Shown here piece after piece: positions 40,003 through 54,787 of a stretch of 64,000 bases of DNA (within the stretch, counting starts at the first letter, position 1; every line of letters begins with the position of its first letter). The translations under genes and the position numbers were made by a program. The stretch covers positions 124,001 through 188,000 of the forward strand of contig CT868032.1 in NCBI GenBank assembly GCA_000165425.1, in the 5' to 3' direction. The notes beneath the pieces were generated by a model that saw only the letters and a list, made by a program, of their open reading frames with translations, made no database searches and had not been told where the DNA came from. Origin of the DNA: Paramecium tetraurelia. Taxonomy: Eukaryota.

Positions 40003-43000
40003 TCATCCATATTCATAAAAGTAAAATAAGCATCTAATAGGAGTAGATATGCAATAAAGGAATTAAATAATCGCGTTCAGTAAAATTGCATTAAATACAA
40101 CAGTAATGGCAATAAAAGGAACAGCAATCATCAAAATGATATTTTAGTTGATTGGTGAATCAATTTCTGATTTGCAAATCATGCCATCTTTACTTAAAAA
40201 TAAAGAATCTTAGCATTTTGTGCAATTTTCTAGAGATGAGCACTCCAAACATCCTATCGAACAATCAGAGCAAGTTTGTTCATCTAAATATTTCCCTTTA
40301 GGACAATCTGTTACACATTTCGAATCATAAAGAGTTAAGCCATTTTTGCAGACATTGCATAGATCTTAACTTTAACACTTTTTGCAATTCTCTGGACATG
40401 GCTTACAAGTAGAATCTTTAGTTAAGAAGTACTCCATTTCTTCACATTAGAGGCATTTGTCCTTCTAACATATTAAACAATGCTTTTATTGACACTTGAA
40501 ACACTCTCCATTATCTAAATAATATCCATACTAATCGCATTAGGTGCATGAGTCCTTTGTGCATGTTTGACATCCCTATTTACACTATTTGCATTCGAAG
40601 TTGTCAAGGTAAAAGCGAGTAGGTTAGCATTTAGTGCATTGATCTTTACTCCTGCAGGTTAAGCATGGGGATTAACACTTCGAGCATTGGTTTTAATTTA
40701 GATAAAAGGTGTCATCAATACAGGATTCACATTAATCAGAAGTGCAAAGAGAGCAATTGGGTTGACATTACTTACATTCTTATTTATCAATGTAATATTT
40801 ATCTGGACACTAATAACAAAATTCTTTATCGCAAGTTTAGCAATTAGGTTTGCATTATAAACAGTTAATGCCCTCTTGATAATACCCTGATTTACATTAC
40901 AAACATTCCTAATAATTGCATCTCAAACAATTTTAGTTACATGCTATGCATTTCCCTTAATTGAGATAGTAATTAGCTAAACATTGGACACAGGCTTATT
41001 CAAGATTACATCTAATACAACCTTCGCCACAAGTCTAACAAGTCTCAAAATTGCAATTGAATTAACAATATTAGTTTTAACATAGCTAACAATTACCATT
41101 TTGATCCAAATAATATTTGTCTTAACATATATTGCATTAAGAGTCTGTGCACTACTAACAATTTTCCCATTTGGTAGAACAAGAATTACAAGTTATGCCA
41201 TCAAAGTAATAAGAAACGTTGCAGGATTGACAATCACTTGATGAGGAGCACATATTGCAATTGTCTTAACAACGCTTGCAATCATGATTTTCAATATAGG
41301 TACCTAAAGGACATGATTAGCACCCAGATTGATTACATGCTTAACAGGGTTGATTGCATGATTTACAAATGCCTGAGGATAAATACACTTATGTAGTTGA
41401 TACGCATTTTTGACAAGAGTCTTTTGAATTGCATTCTAGACAATTGGTGGAACAAGGTTCACACAATTGATTTTAATTGATGAAGTATCCTGCTTAACAT
41501 TGAGAACATTAATTATTCAAACACTTTATGCAATTATCGAGTTGACAAGTTTGACAAATACCATTTGGAGAGGCTTAACCTTCAATACAAGTCAGACATT
41601 TATCAAAGTCTGAACATTATTTGCACGGTGATACACAATTAAAACATCTGTGTCTGTGTTTGTCCAAGTATTGATTGGCCGCACATTCAGTACAAATATC
41701 TGACTATTCATCACAACTTTTACAATTAGGATTGCACCATAAGCATTTAAGTTACTCCCAATCATAGTATTGACCTTTGGGACAAGTGCAATCCTTACAA
41801 AGTATGCATATCTATGTTGCCTGAATTAATTAAAAGATGTATTCATTTACACACGTTTTACATGAATGATCTGGATTTTCACAACTTTTACAATTTTCTG
41901 TTGTTGTGCATTTATAACAATTCACGATGTCAACATTACCAAAACTAATTTCGTAATAATGGCCATCTTTACAACTGAGACATTGTGTTTCGGAGTCTCT
42001 GCAGGTTCTACAGGGAGATTTACATTCGAGACATTGCCCATCTTTATAAAAGTAACCATCTGCACATCCATCAGGACATGTAATTTTCTAATTAATGAAT
42101 TTACAAGTGCCTTTACAATATTTAGGACATTATTCGCATTTGTTTGGAGAAGGACTGTATGCATTGTTCTTACATTCAGTACAATATTCATGTGAAATAC
42201 ATTGACTGCATCCAAAAGGACAAACTAAACATGAATTGTTTTATAAGTAGTATTCACTTTAACATTTTAGACAAGTAGTGCTATTACTGCATTAAGTACA
42301 ATATTCAATATTCAGTGAACAGTTAACACATTAACTATTGGACAAATAAGAACTATCTTAACAACTAATGCAGATTTCAGGAGAGTTCTAACATGTCTTA
42401 CAATTATTACTGCACTTTAAACAATCTCCATCCTTCCTAAAGTAACCTAATGCACATTCAATGCAATTTGAAGATGTAGTTGTGCAAGTAGCACACTTTA
42501 AATCGCATTACTAGCATTATTTCTGAGTTAAATAGAAGCCTAAGAAGCAGTCTGTGCATTCATCACGACCATTTTCACAAGATTTGCATGTTTTTGAACA
42601 TGGATGGCATTTATTGTTGTTTAAATACTTACTAATACCACATTTGTCGCATGTGTCCTATTCGTAACAAGTGACACATTATTCAACTTTGCAACTTTAT
42701 GATTGGCATTTCGATTCGTAATTTAAAACGTAAGTGGATTTACATTTCGTGCATTTATCTTAGCTTTCACATTCTGCACAATTTGAACGACATTGTGCAC
42801 ATTATCCACTAGACAAATAGTATCCTGAATAACAACTCATGCAAGTAAACTAATTATCTTTACATGTTTAGCAATTACTGGAACATAATGAACAGTTTGA
42901 TCCATTCATGAAGTATCCATCTAAACATGATTAACAAGTATGTGTGTTTGTACATTAATTACATGAACCTTAACAATATTAACAGGTGACATTCTATACT

Positions 43001-44955
43001 AGTTTTTGTTAACATTGAGTACAACATGATGGACAAGATGTTTCACATATCTTACATAATCCTGTTAGATTATCTAATACATAGCCTACTTGACATTCCA
43101 GACAAAGCTTCTTTGAAGTGCATTTCTTACATGGAGCTTCACATAAAACACATGTGTTTGAATCCAAATAATAGGAATCATTGATACATGATGAACATGT
43201 ACTAGTTGTATTCACACAAGTATAACAAGGTGTTTAGCATGATACGCATTTATTTTGAATTAAGGAGAACCCAGGTTTACAACTATAACATTCAGACGCT
43301 GATCCAGAGCAAGATGTGCATTGAGAATTACATGCTATACAATTCATTTTATCAACAAAATAACCTGTGTTGCAAACATGACATTGAGATGAATTTGGAC
43401 AAGTCTAACAATTTCCGATGCATTTATTGCATTATCCAATTGATTCATAAAATTCATCAATACATCCAGTGCAAAAAGACTCTGAAGTACAACTACTGCA
43501 TTAGTTTTTACATTATGTACATCCGTAACTCGAATTTACATAATATCCTTTCTGGCTTTCCAAACATTTGCTTGCATTTTCACATAATTTACAGCCCGGT
43601 ATGGAAGTGCATGATCGACATTCAGAATTGGTCAGAAAGTAACCATCCAAACAACTAGAACATTGAGTTTCACTTTAGCATGTTTTGCATGGAGAAATAC
43701 ATTCCTTACATGTGAAGTTATCTTTGTAGTAATTTCCAATGCAACTCTGGCATTAAGTATCACTCGTACAGGTTGCACAGGACAGAGGACATTTGAAACA
43801 CTTTTTATTAGATTCATAATATCCATCATCGCAAACTTCAACAATACTGGTGCATGTAGAATTATCAGGCTGACACAATAGACAAACTTCCTCAGTACAA
43901 CCAATAGCGTTTTGATTCTTGCCTTTATAGTAGCATTGATTTTCAGTACTGAGGTCACCCTTGCAAACACAAGTTTTGGTTGTTGAATCCCATTCTGTGT
44001 GTGGTTTACACACTTTACATGTTTCAATATTGTTGTAGAAACTACAAATTGAGCAAAGTGGGTCCTTGCAAAACCCAATTAATCGAATTGCATAGTCTAC
44101 CAATGTTTCTATAATATTAATGGCAACGAAGTTATTGCTTTCAAAAGTCAAAATGAAGGATATTGCTAAATCCTTCTGATTTTACACGTTTAATAGGGTT
44201 CTTTTGATCCCCATTAATATAACTAAGGTATTTTATCTTATATATTAATAAACATCAACCGTATATTTATTATTACCAAATGTCTTAATACTCATATATT
44301 TATCGTATGTTTTATCATTGTATTTGGCAAAATCAAATACAACTATCACACTCTCCTCAATCCGAGTGCCAATTACCAGCACGTTGTCTACTTTAATTTA
44401 AATGATGTGTCGACCCTCAGAGTCAAAAAACTACTAATTGTGTTATTCAACCTTAAGGGGAGTTTTTATATTATCCTAAAATTGTATGGTTACTGTGTTC
44501 ATGATATTGGTATCAAAATTTGTTATTTGAGTATTTTAGAAAGGTAGAATATTACTCATATATTTAATAGGCCCATCCTATTACCGAGATTTTACAAACA
44601 CTGTAGCTAAGTCTACATCATATACGCTAAGCATACACTCTTAGGACTGTTTTATTTCTTAATAGGACACATCGCAAACGCATTTTCCATCTTTGAGAAC
44701 TCTATGATTCTCGCTATAACAGCTTAAGCAATAATTTCTTTCATTAAACTTACAATCCTTGCAATTTCTATTACATTCATAGCATTGGCTTGATTCAATT
44801 CTAGTTAGCTCTTTGTTTGAACTTGAACATTAACACAGTCCATCTACTAAATATCTGGTCGGTTGGCATTAATTACAATTGCTTGCCACACATATCTTAC
44901 AAGTGTTGTCGCAAATACCCATTGCATAATCTAAGAATACAATGAACAAAATCAT
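40003..44955 (-). CDS. Cysteine-rich (furin-like / CXXC repeat) type-I membrane surface protein, about 1,650 aa
   Basis: Signal peptide MILFIVFLDYAMG; dozens of CxxC-x4-8-CxxC-GYY/F repeats; a Cys-poor insert at about 44100-44620; C-terminal TM IILMIAVPFIAITVVFNAILL; frame consistent with ORF-track fragments. Confidence 0.9.
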
Positions 44956-45099
44956 AATTTTATTAATAATATATTCTACAGAAGAAATATGAGAATGTAC
45001 CCCTCAAATTTTTATTGCGAGTAATACATCAACTAGCTAGATATGAAACTATATCTTAATTATATCATACATTCACTTATATGTATAAAGTTAAGAATA

Positions 45100-46243
45100 T
45101 TAATTATAATTATAAATTTGTATCATCCCATTCTGCTCTAATTCTACTATAAATAAATATTTTCCGGTTCATTTAGTATCATACTTTACAACTCCAAAAT
45201 ATTTTTCAACTTTCCCATCAACTATCAGTCAAGTTGAAATCACTATATCATATTCCTGTATTCATCAGTAATTTGCAAAGTCATTTCAAATTTTATTCTA
45301 TTTGTCCAAACCAACTTCCCAAACGTTCAACTTAATTCCTATTCTTATTAATCCTTTTGGAATTTCTGGCTTGTATGTAGATATATCCTATGTCATTTCT
45401 TTGCTTTCATTTCAAATACATCAATATTTCAGTCAGGTAATGCACTTTCTCCACCCAAATTCACAATTTCCATACGTTAATACAATTATACGAATTCATA
45501 GTTGATCATTTTGTATTTGATTAATGGTAGTTGTCTCAAGTTGAATAAAATTTTATCTCAGGACTATAATTACTCAATTTAATTATAATATTATTTAGCT
45601 ATTTACTAATATATTTCATACTCTAAATTAGAGTAATTCCTCCCTTACTATGAAATGTCCCTTTATATGTTAAACCTATTGTTGCTATGATTCCTTCAAT
45701 TCAAGTGGATAAAACAAAAGATGAAATAATTTGAATTCGTTTGTTCACTATCAATTCAATTATAATTATTTGTGTATATTAAACCACACATAACCATATC
45801 TGAATTCCTATATTTCATTTTATCATTTGTCAATTTAAATGAAGAATATAAGCTCGCCACCTTGGAATTCATTTGTTATAACTTTAAATTTGGATGACTT
45901 TAGCAGTCATCTAAAAACAGGGCCGAGTTGTGCAATACTCTAAGTGTTCTCCAAGAAATCTTAGAAATACAAATGAAGAAAGCTCAAATGAAACATATGA
46001 GACTGAAAAACTTTATAAAGCATAGTATCAAAATCAGTATTTGAGTATTCCTTTGACAGGAGCCTTCTGTGATGAAGGTATATTGCCAGTGTAAAACGTT
46101 GAGATGAAATCCACCCTCTGTGTCATCTTAAATTTACAAACTAAGTTTTGGGGTTTAAACTAAACTGAAAAATCTCGAATTTGCACATCTTCAATATCTC
46201 CTTGGGGTTTGAATGGTTTGTTTAATTGCCATTATGAGTTCAT
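45100..46243 (-). pseudogene. Heavily degraded gene relic; contains EFQGGELIF, reminiscent of 2OG-Fe(II) oxygenases
   Basis: Coding-like composition from ATG46243 with several TGA stops and frame changes; boundaries approximate. Confidence 0.35.
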
Positions 46244-47514
46244 TTGTAATAATATTATTGTTATTTAATTGAAATGATATTTTACCCATTTTTTAATTAA
46301 ATTACTCCGATTCATCATACCAAAATAAATGGTTAATTTAATATTATATATTCGATATTCCAAAAGATTAGGATTTATTTTTTGATATTATCTACTACTG
46401 AATTAGGAGAACATCAATTGCACTTTTGCAATTCCATGTAAATTTCATTGCTGAAAGGTGGAATTCTCTAAGAACTAAAAGTGAGGGATTTATAATTTTA
46501 GAAGCAAAATCAGAAAAGTAATTTGTGTTTTTGGCTTGATATCATTTGTAGAGATATATCTAAAGTTGTAACAAAATTTGATAAATTACATTCTATTTTA
46601 ATCAAATTCATAAGATATAAAATACATACATCAATAAAATTATTATTATAACTAAGAAACTAATAATAGAATTAGAATTATTTTCTAATAATACACACTT
46701 AATACATATATTTACAATATAATATTGCATCATATAATTAATCAATTAAGTGCATCCTTCTGGTTTTACATATAAAGGCCTTGTGAATTGAAAGCAGATT
46801 TAATTAGTATTCTTCTTTACCTATTTTTTATGCTATTGATATACCTAAATCATTTCAATCGTATATGAAACTTTAAGAATTTTGGCAAACTTATTTAAAT
46901 GTTGTATAAATAATCTTATTGCTTCATTCTTCAATTTTAGCCAGTATAGCAATATAGCAATATAGCAGTATTAATACAATAGATAAAATTGTTGTTTCCT
47001 TCATCAATTTGTGAATGTCATATTAAAAAACAAGGTTATTAAATTAACCTTCTCATATAGGCATAGTGTTCTAAATTATTTAATAAAATTATTCTATTTT
47101 TAAGGAAATAATTTGGAATTCAATTAAATTTTTTAAAATAATTATGAATTATATTATAGTTTTGATTATATATAATTCTTTTTCAACATTGAAATAATTT
47201 CTACTTGGGGTGGTGTAGTTTTTGAGATAGTATACCATTAAATTAAAGAATAAATGGAATTCAGTTTATATTAATTTCCATTCCTTAAACTTATTTCAAA
47301 TACAGAATTAAAACTCTCGCATTTAATAATATTTCAATCTAAAAGAACCTCGCTGACTCAAGATTCTTATTAATGTCAAATTTCTAGTTAATCACTTACT
47401 TATCTATCATAATGTCACTCAGAATAATCTATTACTTCTGTTAATTCATATTAAGCAATAACATATATTATTATTAAATGAGCACAAACATTAAATAAAA
47501 TATTTAATTAATAA

Positions 47515-47944
47515 ATGAATAGATTGCTTCTGTTTGCTTCAGATTGTGGAAAGGTCGAGTGTCTGTTAAGCAGTTTCGAAAAGTACTTCAATGTATAGGT
47601 CATTGAGGCAAATTACAAACAGATAGTGAATGAAGTATTGAGCAAAGACACTCAATGTGTATTTGTCACAGAGAATAGTTTGAAATCTTAAATAATATTT
47701 AATAAGTTTGATAAAATAAGAGCAGCTATTTGTTACAATTAATACTTTGTGTAAATGTGCAGAGAGGTAGAGTCAATACAATATATTATAGCATAATGAT
47801 GCCAATGTGATTATTATACCATTGGACAATATCGCCTAGAATGTGGCTGTACATTTTGCATAGGGTTTATCACAGGTAGAATTTGACACCAAAACAACTC
47901 CAAATCATTAAAGAAGAGTTAATAAATTAAATTTAATATAATGA
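47515..47944 (+). CDS. RpiB/LacA/LacB-family sugar-phosphate isomerase-like protein with degenerate active site
   Basis: FASDCG, NKFDKIRAAIC, REHNDANVI, F...NHQRRVNKL; 25-nt intron at 47767-47791; TGA at 47942-47944. Confidence 0.85.
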
Positions 47945-47953
47945 TATCATTGA

Positions 47954-49932
47954 TCATAATTTGCGTATTGTTAAACATCTATATACAATATCAGATATTC
48001 TCTTAATATCATCTTGAGTTTTAGCATAGACCTTGGTCTCATTTTATAAGATCTCCACCTTGGCACAGATTTAGTTGTCCACATTGATGAATTCAATATG
48101 TTGCAAGGACTAGTATTGTGGGAAGAGACCGAATTGTTTTTGTATTTCTTCTGAAATTCTCCTGATGGTTTCCTCCTGGATGTATCCTACTATGTACTAG
48201 ACATCAGGAGGAGAAGACTTCTGTAGTTCAGCCTCGTTATTGTCAGCGATATTCACTTTGACGTTGCTGAGTTCAATGTTGCCAAGGATGTTCTTTCCAG
48301 ATCCTGATAATTTTGGTTAGATTGGGACGGTGATTTAATTGATTCTCAAGGCAATTTTTTAGAGCATCTTGTAATTGAGTACTAAGGATTTGGTTTGGAT
48401 AGTGGAGGATTCTGGAATAAGGAATGTTTTAATAGAGGAATCAGGCCAAGGGATGAAATCAGGTTGATTGTTGATTGGTGTTTTAGCAATGCAAAATTTG
48501 TATGAGGACTTGATTTGATGCAATAGTTTTTCGTCGTAGAATTCTGGATCAATCAATTGTAAGCCAAAGGAAAGGTCTGCATTGCTGACTTTTTGAGTGT
48601 AGATAGTCACCATTTAACCGATTTGTTCAAGTAGATCAAATAGAAATACAGCCTGAGCCAATCGAAGACTACTGTCAAAGATGAAGAAAACACTTGGAGT
48701 GATGCCTTTGAGAGTTTCGTTGAGAGAGAATCCTTCGAATTTGATTTTTTCAATGGAAGGAACCACAATAATCTTTTGGGTTTTAATTAGATAGAGGATT
48801 TTGTTGAAAGGGTTCTGTGGGTTTTCTTTCATGATGCTTGCTTACAACTTATTGTTGAGGTATTCCACTAAGGAATTAGCAATTAGAGTGTAATTGTGGA
48901 ATTCTGAACTTATGATGAATATCTTAAAGCATTAATGTTATAAATGGTCATCTCTAATTTAGATAATCGTGACATTTACATCTCATCTTGCAAGTCTAGT
49001 ATTGTCTAGTATGAGTTGAAGGGGATGACAACATTTTGGCTCTACTTTAAGAATTCGTAGGTCTTAGACAGGAAGGAATGGTTGATTCTGCTTTACGGCA
49101 TACCATAGATGAGATAATCAGCCGCCTTGAGTTTCATGGATATTTCCTTGTGAGCGTAGGTCATATTGGTGTTGTTGAGATTGGTGGCAACAACAAGTTT
49201 GAAGTAATCACCCAGGGATATTATATATGCTGAATCTCCAATGCCGGTTCCACTGGATTGGGCTTCGATGGATATGGCTTCTTAGATCTTGGTATCATTG
49301 CAATAATACTTAGAGCAAGGGAATCTTGACGATCTATCCGTAATTGACGAGGGTGCAATCCAGCTCTTTGAATGGGAATGCCTCTGTGAATTCCTAGAAA
49401 TTGGTGTGATAGAGTTCTTCGAAACATCTGAAAGATTCCTCTTCCTTGCTGTAGTTTTCCTGGAAGGAATAGAAGTGACGATTCCTTATCTCAGACCACT
49501 GATAAAGTTCTTTGATGAAATGCTAACCCAAAAGGTACGTGGCATTGGTGCATATGATTTAAGGCTTGAATTGCTTCAATCTAACCAAGTAATTCAGCAA
49601 ACACAGATCCATCTAAGTGCATACCAGAAAAACATCAATTTCATTGAAGATGATGTGATTGATGAATTGCAAATCGAACCTCACTGTATTGTTCATGAAC
49701 AAGTATTCCCCTTCCTTGGATGAGTAGTCTTTAGATTCATTCAACTTCACCTTCTTTAGTTTCTATTGAATCGTCAAATACATCAGATCATGAAGAGGGA
49801 ATCCCTGGCTCCACATCACCTTGATCTAAGAAGGTATTAGCATAACCTTACTCCTGCAATCTCAAGCACGTAGAGATATGGAAATTTACGCTCTAGAGAA
49901 CATAGTGGGTAAAAGAATAATTAATCAGCCAT
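47954..49932 (-). CDS. INTS9: Integrator subunit 9-like (inactive MBL/beta-CASP, CPSF100-related)
   Basis: IDVFLVCTQMDLCLLNYL, ICTNATYLLG, SSGTGIGDSAYII and PSVFFIFDSSLRLAQAVFLFDL parallel IntS9 DVILISN..MALPY, SSGY.LGS.NW and PCVVF.GHPSLRFG..VHF; no HxHxDH metal motif; several short introns. Confidence 0.72.
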
Positions 49933-49944
49933 TTTATTTATTAA

Positions 49945-50596
49945 TCAAATAGCAATTACAACATTCTGTTTGCAAACAGGACAATTATTATGCTACAATA
50001 ACCACGTCTTGATGCATTTTGCATGGTAATGATGATTGCAACCCAAGCGTCGATACTTCTCCCCTATTTCCATGTTGCATTGACAGACTGGACAGACTCC
50101 TTGGATGTTGTCACTCGCCTAAATCACTTGCTTACGAATTCTCCTGATGTCTTCCCTAGCTATCCCATTGGACACATTGCTAAGAATTATTAATTAGAGC
50201 TTACCCTATCTATTCTCCCAGGGATAGCAATTCTTCATAATTCATATTGTCCACATCGATAATTTGATTTTGATATTGTCTCAATCTCCACTATTGTTAT
50301 AGAAGTGGCAACACTTGGGCTGTCAATCTGAATTGCAGCAGAAGTTCCCTCATTTCTACTAAGGATTGAAAGGGATCTTGCTGCTGTTGCGGGTTCTATT
50401 ATTATAGAGCTAAGAATTTCATCTTGTAATCCTTCTTCTTGTTTCTCAATTTGGCAATGACTTCCTTCTATTATTTGATTTCCTTAATATTATATTCGAT
50501 CTTATGAATATAATAATGAATATCACTTTCTCTTCTCTTTATTTATTCTTCAAATTTGTAAACTAACTTGGATAAGAATATCAATACCTCGTTCAT
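49945..50596 (-). CDS. RING-H2 E3 ubiquitin ligase (BIG BROTHER/MBR-like)
   Basis: DVDNMNYEELLSLGEQIGNVSNG followed by CPVC...CNHHYHAKCIKTWL...CPVC; 25-nt intron; TGA at 49945-49947. Confidence 0.9.
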
Positions 50597-50974
50597 GATT
50601 TAAATTTTCTTATCATAATCCTAAAACTTATTATTAAGCTAGTGTCTTAATTGTTCATTTTCTTACTATAATTTTTTAAATTCTTCTTGACTAAAAATAC
50701 TTAAATCCCAATCAATACGTAAATAGAATTGAATTATTCTCTGGTACTTACGAGTGTAATAGAGGAATTTGTTGAAGAACCTTCCCAACAGGTTTCAATG
50801 GGACTTGAATGAAATATTCTATTTTACTTGTTTCAGCCTTGGGCTTCTGCACTACATTTGGTCTTCGAATGGCAAACTATTTGACTTATTACATCGATAT
50901 ATTTATTTATATTCAATTTTTTTGTGCAAAATACATGGATTTATATTCATACATTAAATTACAAATTTACCAAA

Positions 50975-52525
<1,551 letters not shown>

Positions 52526-52550
52526 TAATTATTTAAATTATATATGGAAA

Positions 52551-53565
52551 TCATTATTAATTAGGTAGGATGGTCAGAATCACATCTGCAATCTTATTGA
52601 ACTTTTCCAATTGGTACTTTCTCCTGATTGCTGTCATGTTGAAACTCTTCAAAAGTGAAATCACTGGCAGGAATTCGGATAGACACTCCCTCAATTCCTC
52701 TTGGTCTTCAATGTAATGCAAGGACGAGGGCAATACCTAAGGAGATCTGAGCAAGTTGATAGCTAGTAATATGGAAGTGGTGGCTAATAATGAGGAGGAG
52801 AACCTAATGAGTTTTAGATCATTATGGTTACTTCAAGCATTTGATATCCAATAGGGACAATTCCAGAATCATGCGGGAGGCATGGTTGATTTTGTCACAA
52901 AGGTTGGCTCCTTGGATCTATCGTTCTAGGAACTTGAGTGGGGAGGTGTAGGTGAGGTTGAATTGGACGGTCAAGAGGATTTTGCTCTCCATTTCTAAAT
53001 TGTTGATAGGGGCTGTACAAATACCTAAGATTTCTTCTTTGGTGTAGGCATTGTCACAAACATGCACGAAATCCTTCAATTCAGGTGCATAGATCTCTTC
53101 GAATTTGGATGCTATGAATAAAGATGCAATCCCAACCAATTGTAGTTTGTTTCGCATGATTGTATTCTTTGACAAGTAGCGATCGATTAGGTTGATTGTC
53201 AAATAAAGGGTTTCTGGTTGCAACTTAAATTTAAGATGTACATCCACCAGCCAATCTATTAATATTGAACGCATCTGATTAGTGATATCCAATTATAAAT
53301 TCATATAAAATGGAGTCTAACACATGAACTTATGTTGATTGACACATAAGTAATCAAATATATCACCCACATAAGGATTGACCAATTCTGGAGGCATAGT
53401 CTCCTCCTCCATTTTAAGAAGAGGCTTCGAACATATGAATTGAGAAGCAGAACGAGTAGGTATTCTTTAAATGTTTGTGAGTTCATTTCCAAACTATCTA
53501 TTACGTGTAGTCATAAAGTTATTATATGACACTCTCACATAATTGTTCTCGTTGTTCTGCTTCAT
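52551..53565 (-). CDS. Mitotic (A/B-type) cyclin
   Basis: Cyclin box MRSILIDWLVDVHLKFKLQPETLYLTINLIDRYL...LQLVGIASLFIASKFEEIYAP; several short introns; TGA at 52551-52553. Confidence 0.95.
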
Positions 53566-53670
53566 TAATATTTAAATTAACTGTTATAATTAAAAATTTT
53601 CATATTTTCATGTAGATTCATAATCAGATCTCTATTCTCAGAATAGCGCTCTGATTATGAATTACCATCT

Positions 53671-53682
53671 CCCCCCCCCCCC
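53671..53682. repeat. Poly-C (C12)/poly-G tract
   Basis: 12 consecutive C in strongly AT-rich intergenic DNA. Confidence 0.9.
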
Positions 53683-54787
53683 TTCTTGAAGTTAAAGTTA
53701 TGCACATCTTACTCTTCGTTTATTTAATCAATGTTCAACCTCCATTATTTAGTATAACCATTAAGGTGATTGGCTGATACCTTAACAGCAAAATAATTTT
53801 TAGTCCCTGAAACTTTTCATTTAGAGATATCTCTGCATAAAGTGATAATGACCATCAACTAATGGTTGTTACTTTAGTTACACAGTTTAATATTCATTAA
53901 AATGCTTTTCATTCTTATATTCTGAAAAATCTCATGTTATATCATTTTTATATGATTCCCAACTCACTCTTTTAATGGAAATATTTATAAATCTATCGAT
54001 ATATCTTATGATATTGCAAGAACTCTATACCATTTTCTAATAAAAGTTTAATTTCGCTCTATCTGAGTATTTATAGTATTTATACACATATCTCATTAAA
54101 ATCTATCAAGAAATGATGTTTCATGATTACTTCTAATGATAATGTAATGAAATGTGTTGAATCACATCAAGTTCTAAAAATATTTATCCTACCTCCATAT
54201 CTTTTGTAACTCTTTTGAGCATACATTCAAAAATCTTAGCAAATTTGGATTGTTCTTAAGGAGTCTAAAGTTCCTTTACACTTTCTGGAATAACGAAAGT
54301 AGTGTTCTATAAAATAGCTAACCAAATTAAATACAAAAAATAATGAAATATTTACTCTAGGTTGTTTCAGAGATGCTATGTTAATAATTCTTCTGAAATA
54401 TAAATTAACTTCGTAATCGAAACTTGTGAATAAACCCTTATAAAATAAGAAACAACTATATAGTGGACAGTTAATTCTGTAGGTTTAGTAAGCATTAGAA
54501 TAACGACATAGTTGTAGATTTGGATTGGATTGGATTTTCAAAGTCTTTTATCATACATAAATGTGTTTAATAAAAGCAATTGGTTGCTATTGGATTTAAT
54601 ATTTATAAAACAAAAAAGATAAAATTAAATAAATTTAATAATTGGTTATTTGCTAAATACAAGATTGGGAATGAAAAGTGAAGATACAACATAACTCAGA
54701 TCAATTATAGGGGAGGTTATTGTTTAATTGGAATTATTAAGAATTTGCATGATACCTTAATATAAAAATTATAATTAATTAAGTAAG

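Noticed and set aside
41866..44078. Track ORFs 41866-42195, 41922-42215, 43206-43658, 43632-44078 and 43663-43881 as overlapping genes
   Set aside because: Antisense or off-frame shadows of the Cys-rich surface protein gene
49221..49723. Track ORFs 49221-49427 and 49406-49723 as independent genes
   Set aside because: Off-frame and antisense to the INTS9-like CDS
53700..54750. Possible membrane-protein gene in the gap after the cyclin
   Set aside because: Only short broken hydrophobic frames; no defensible gene model
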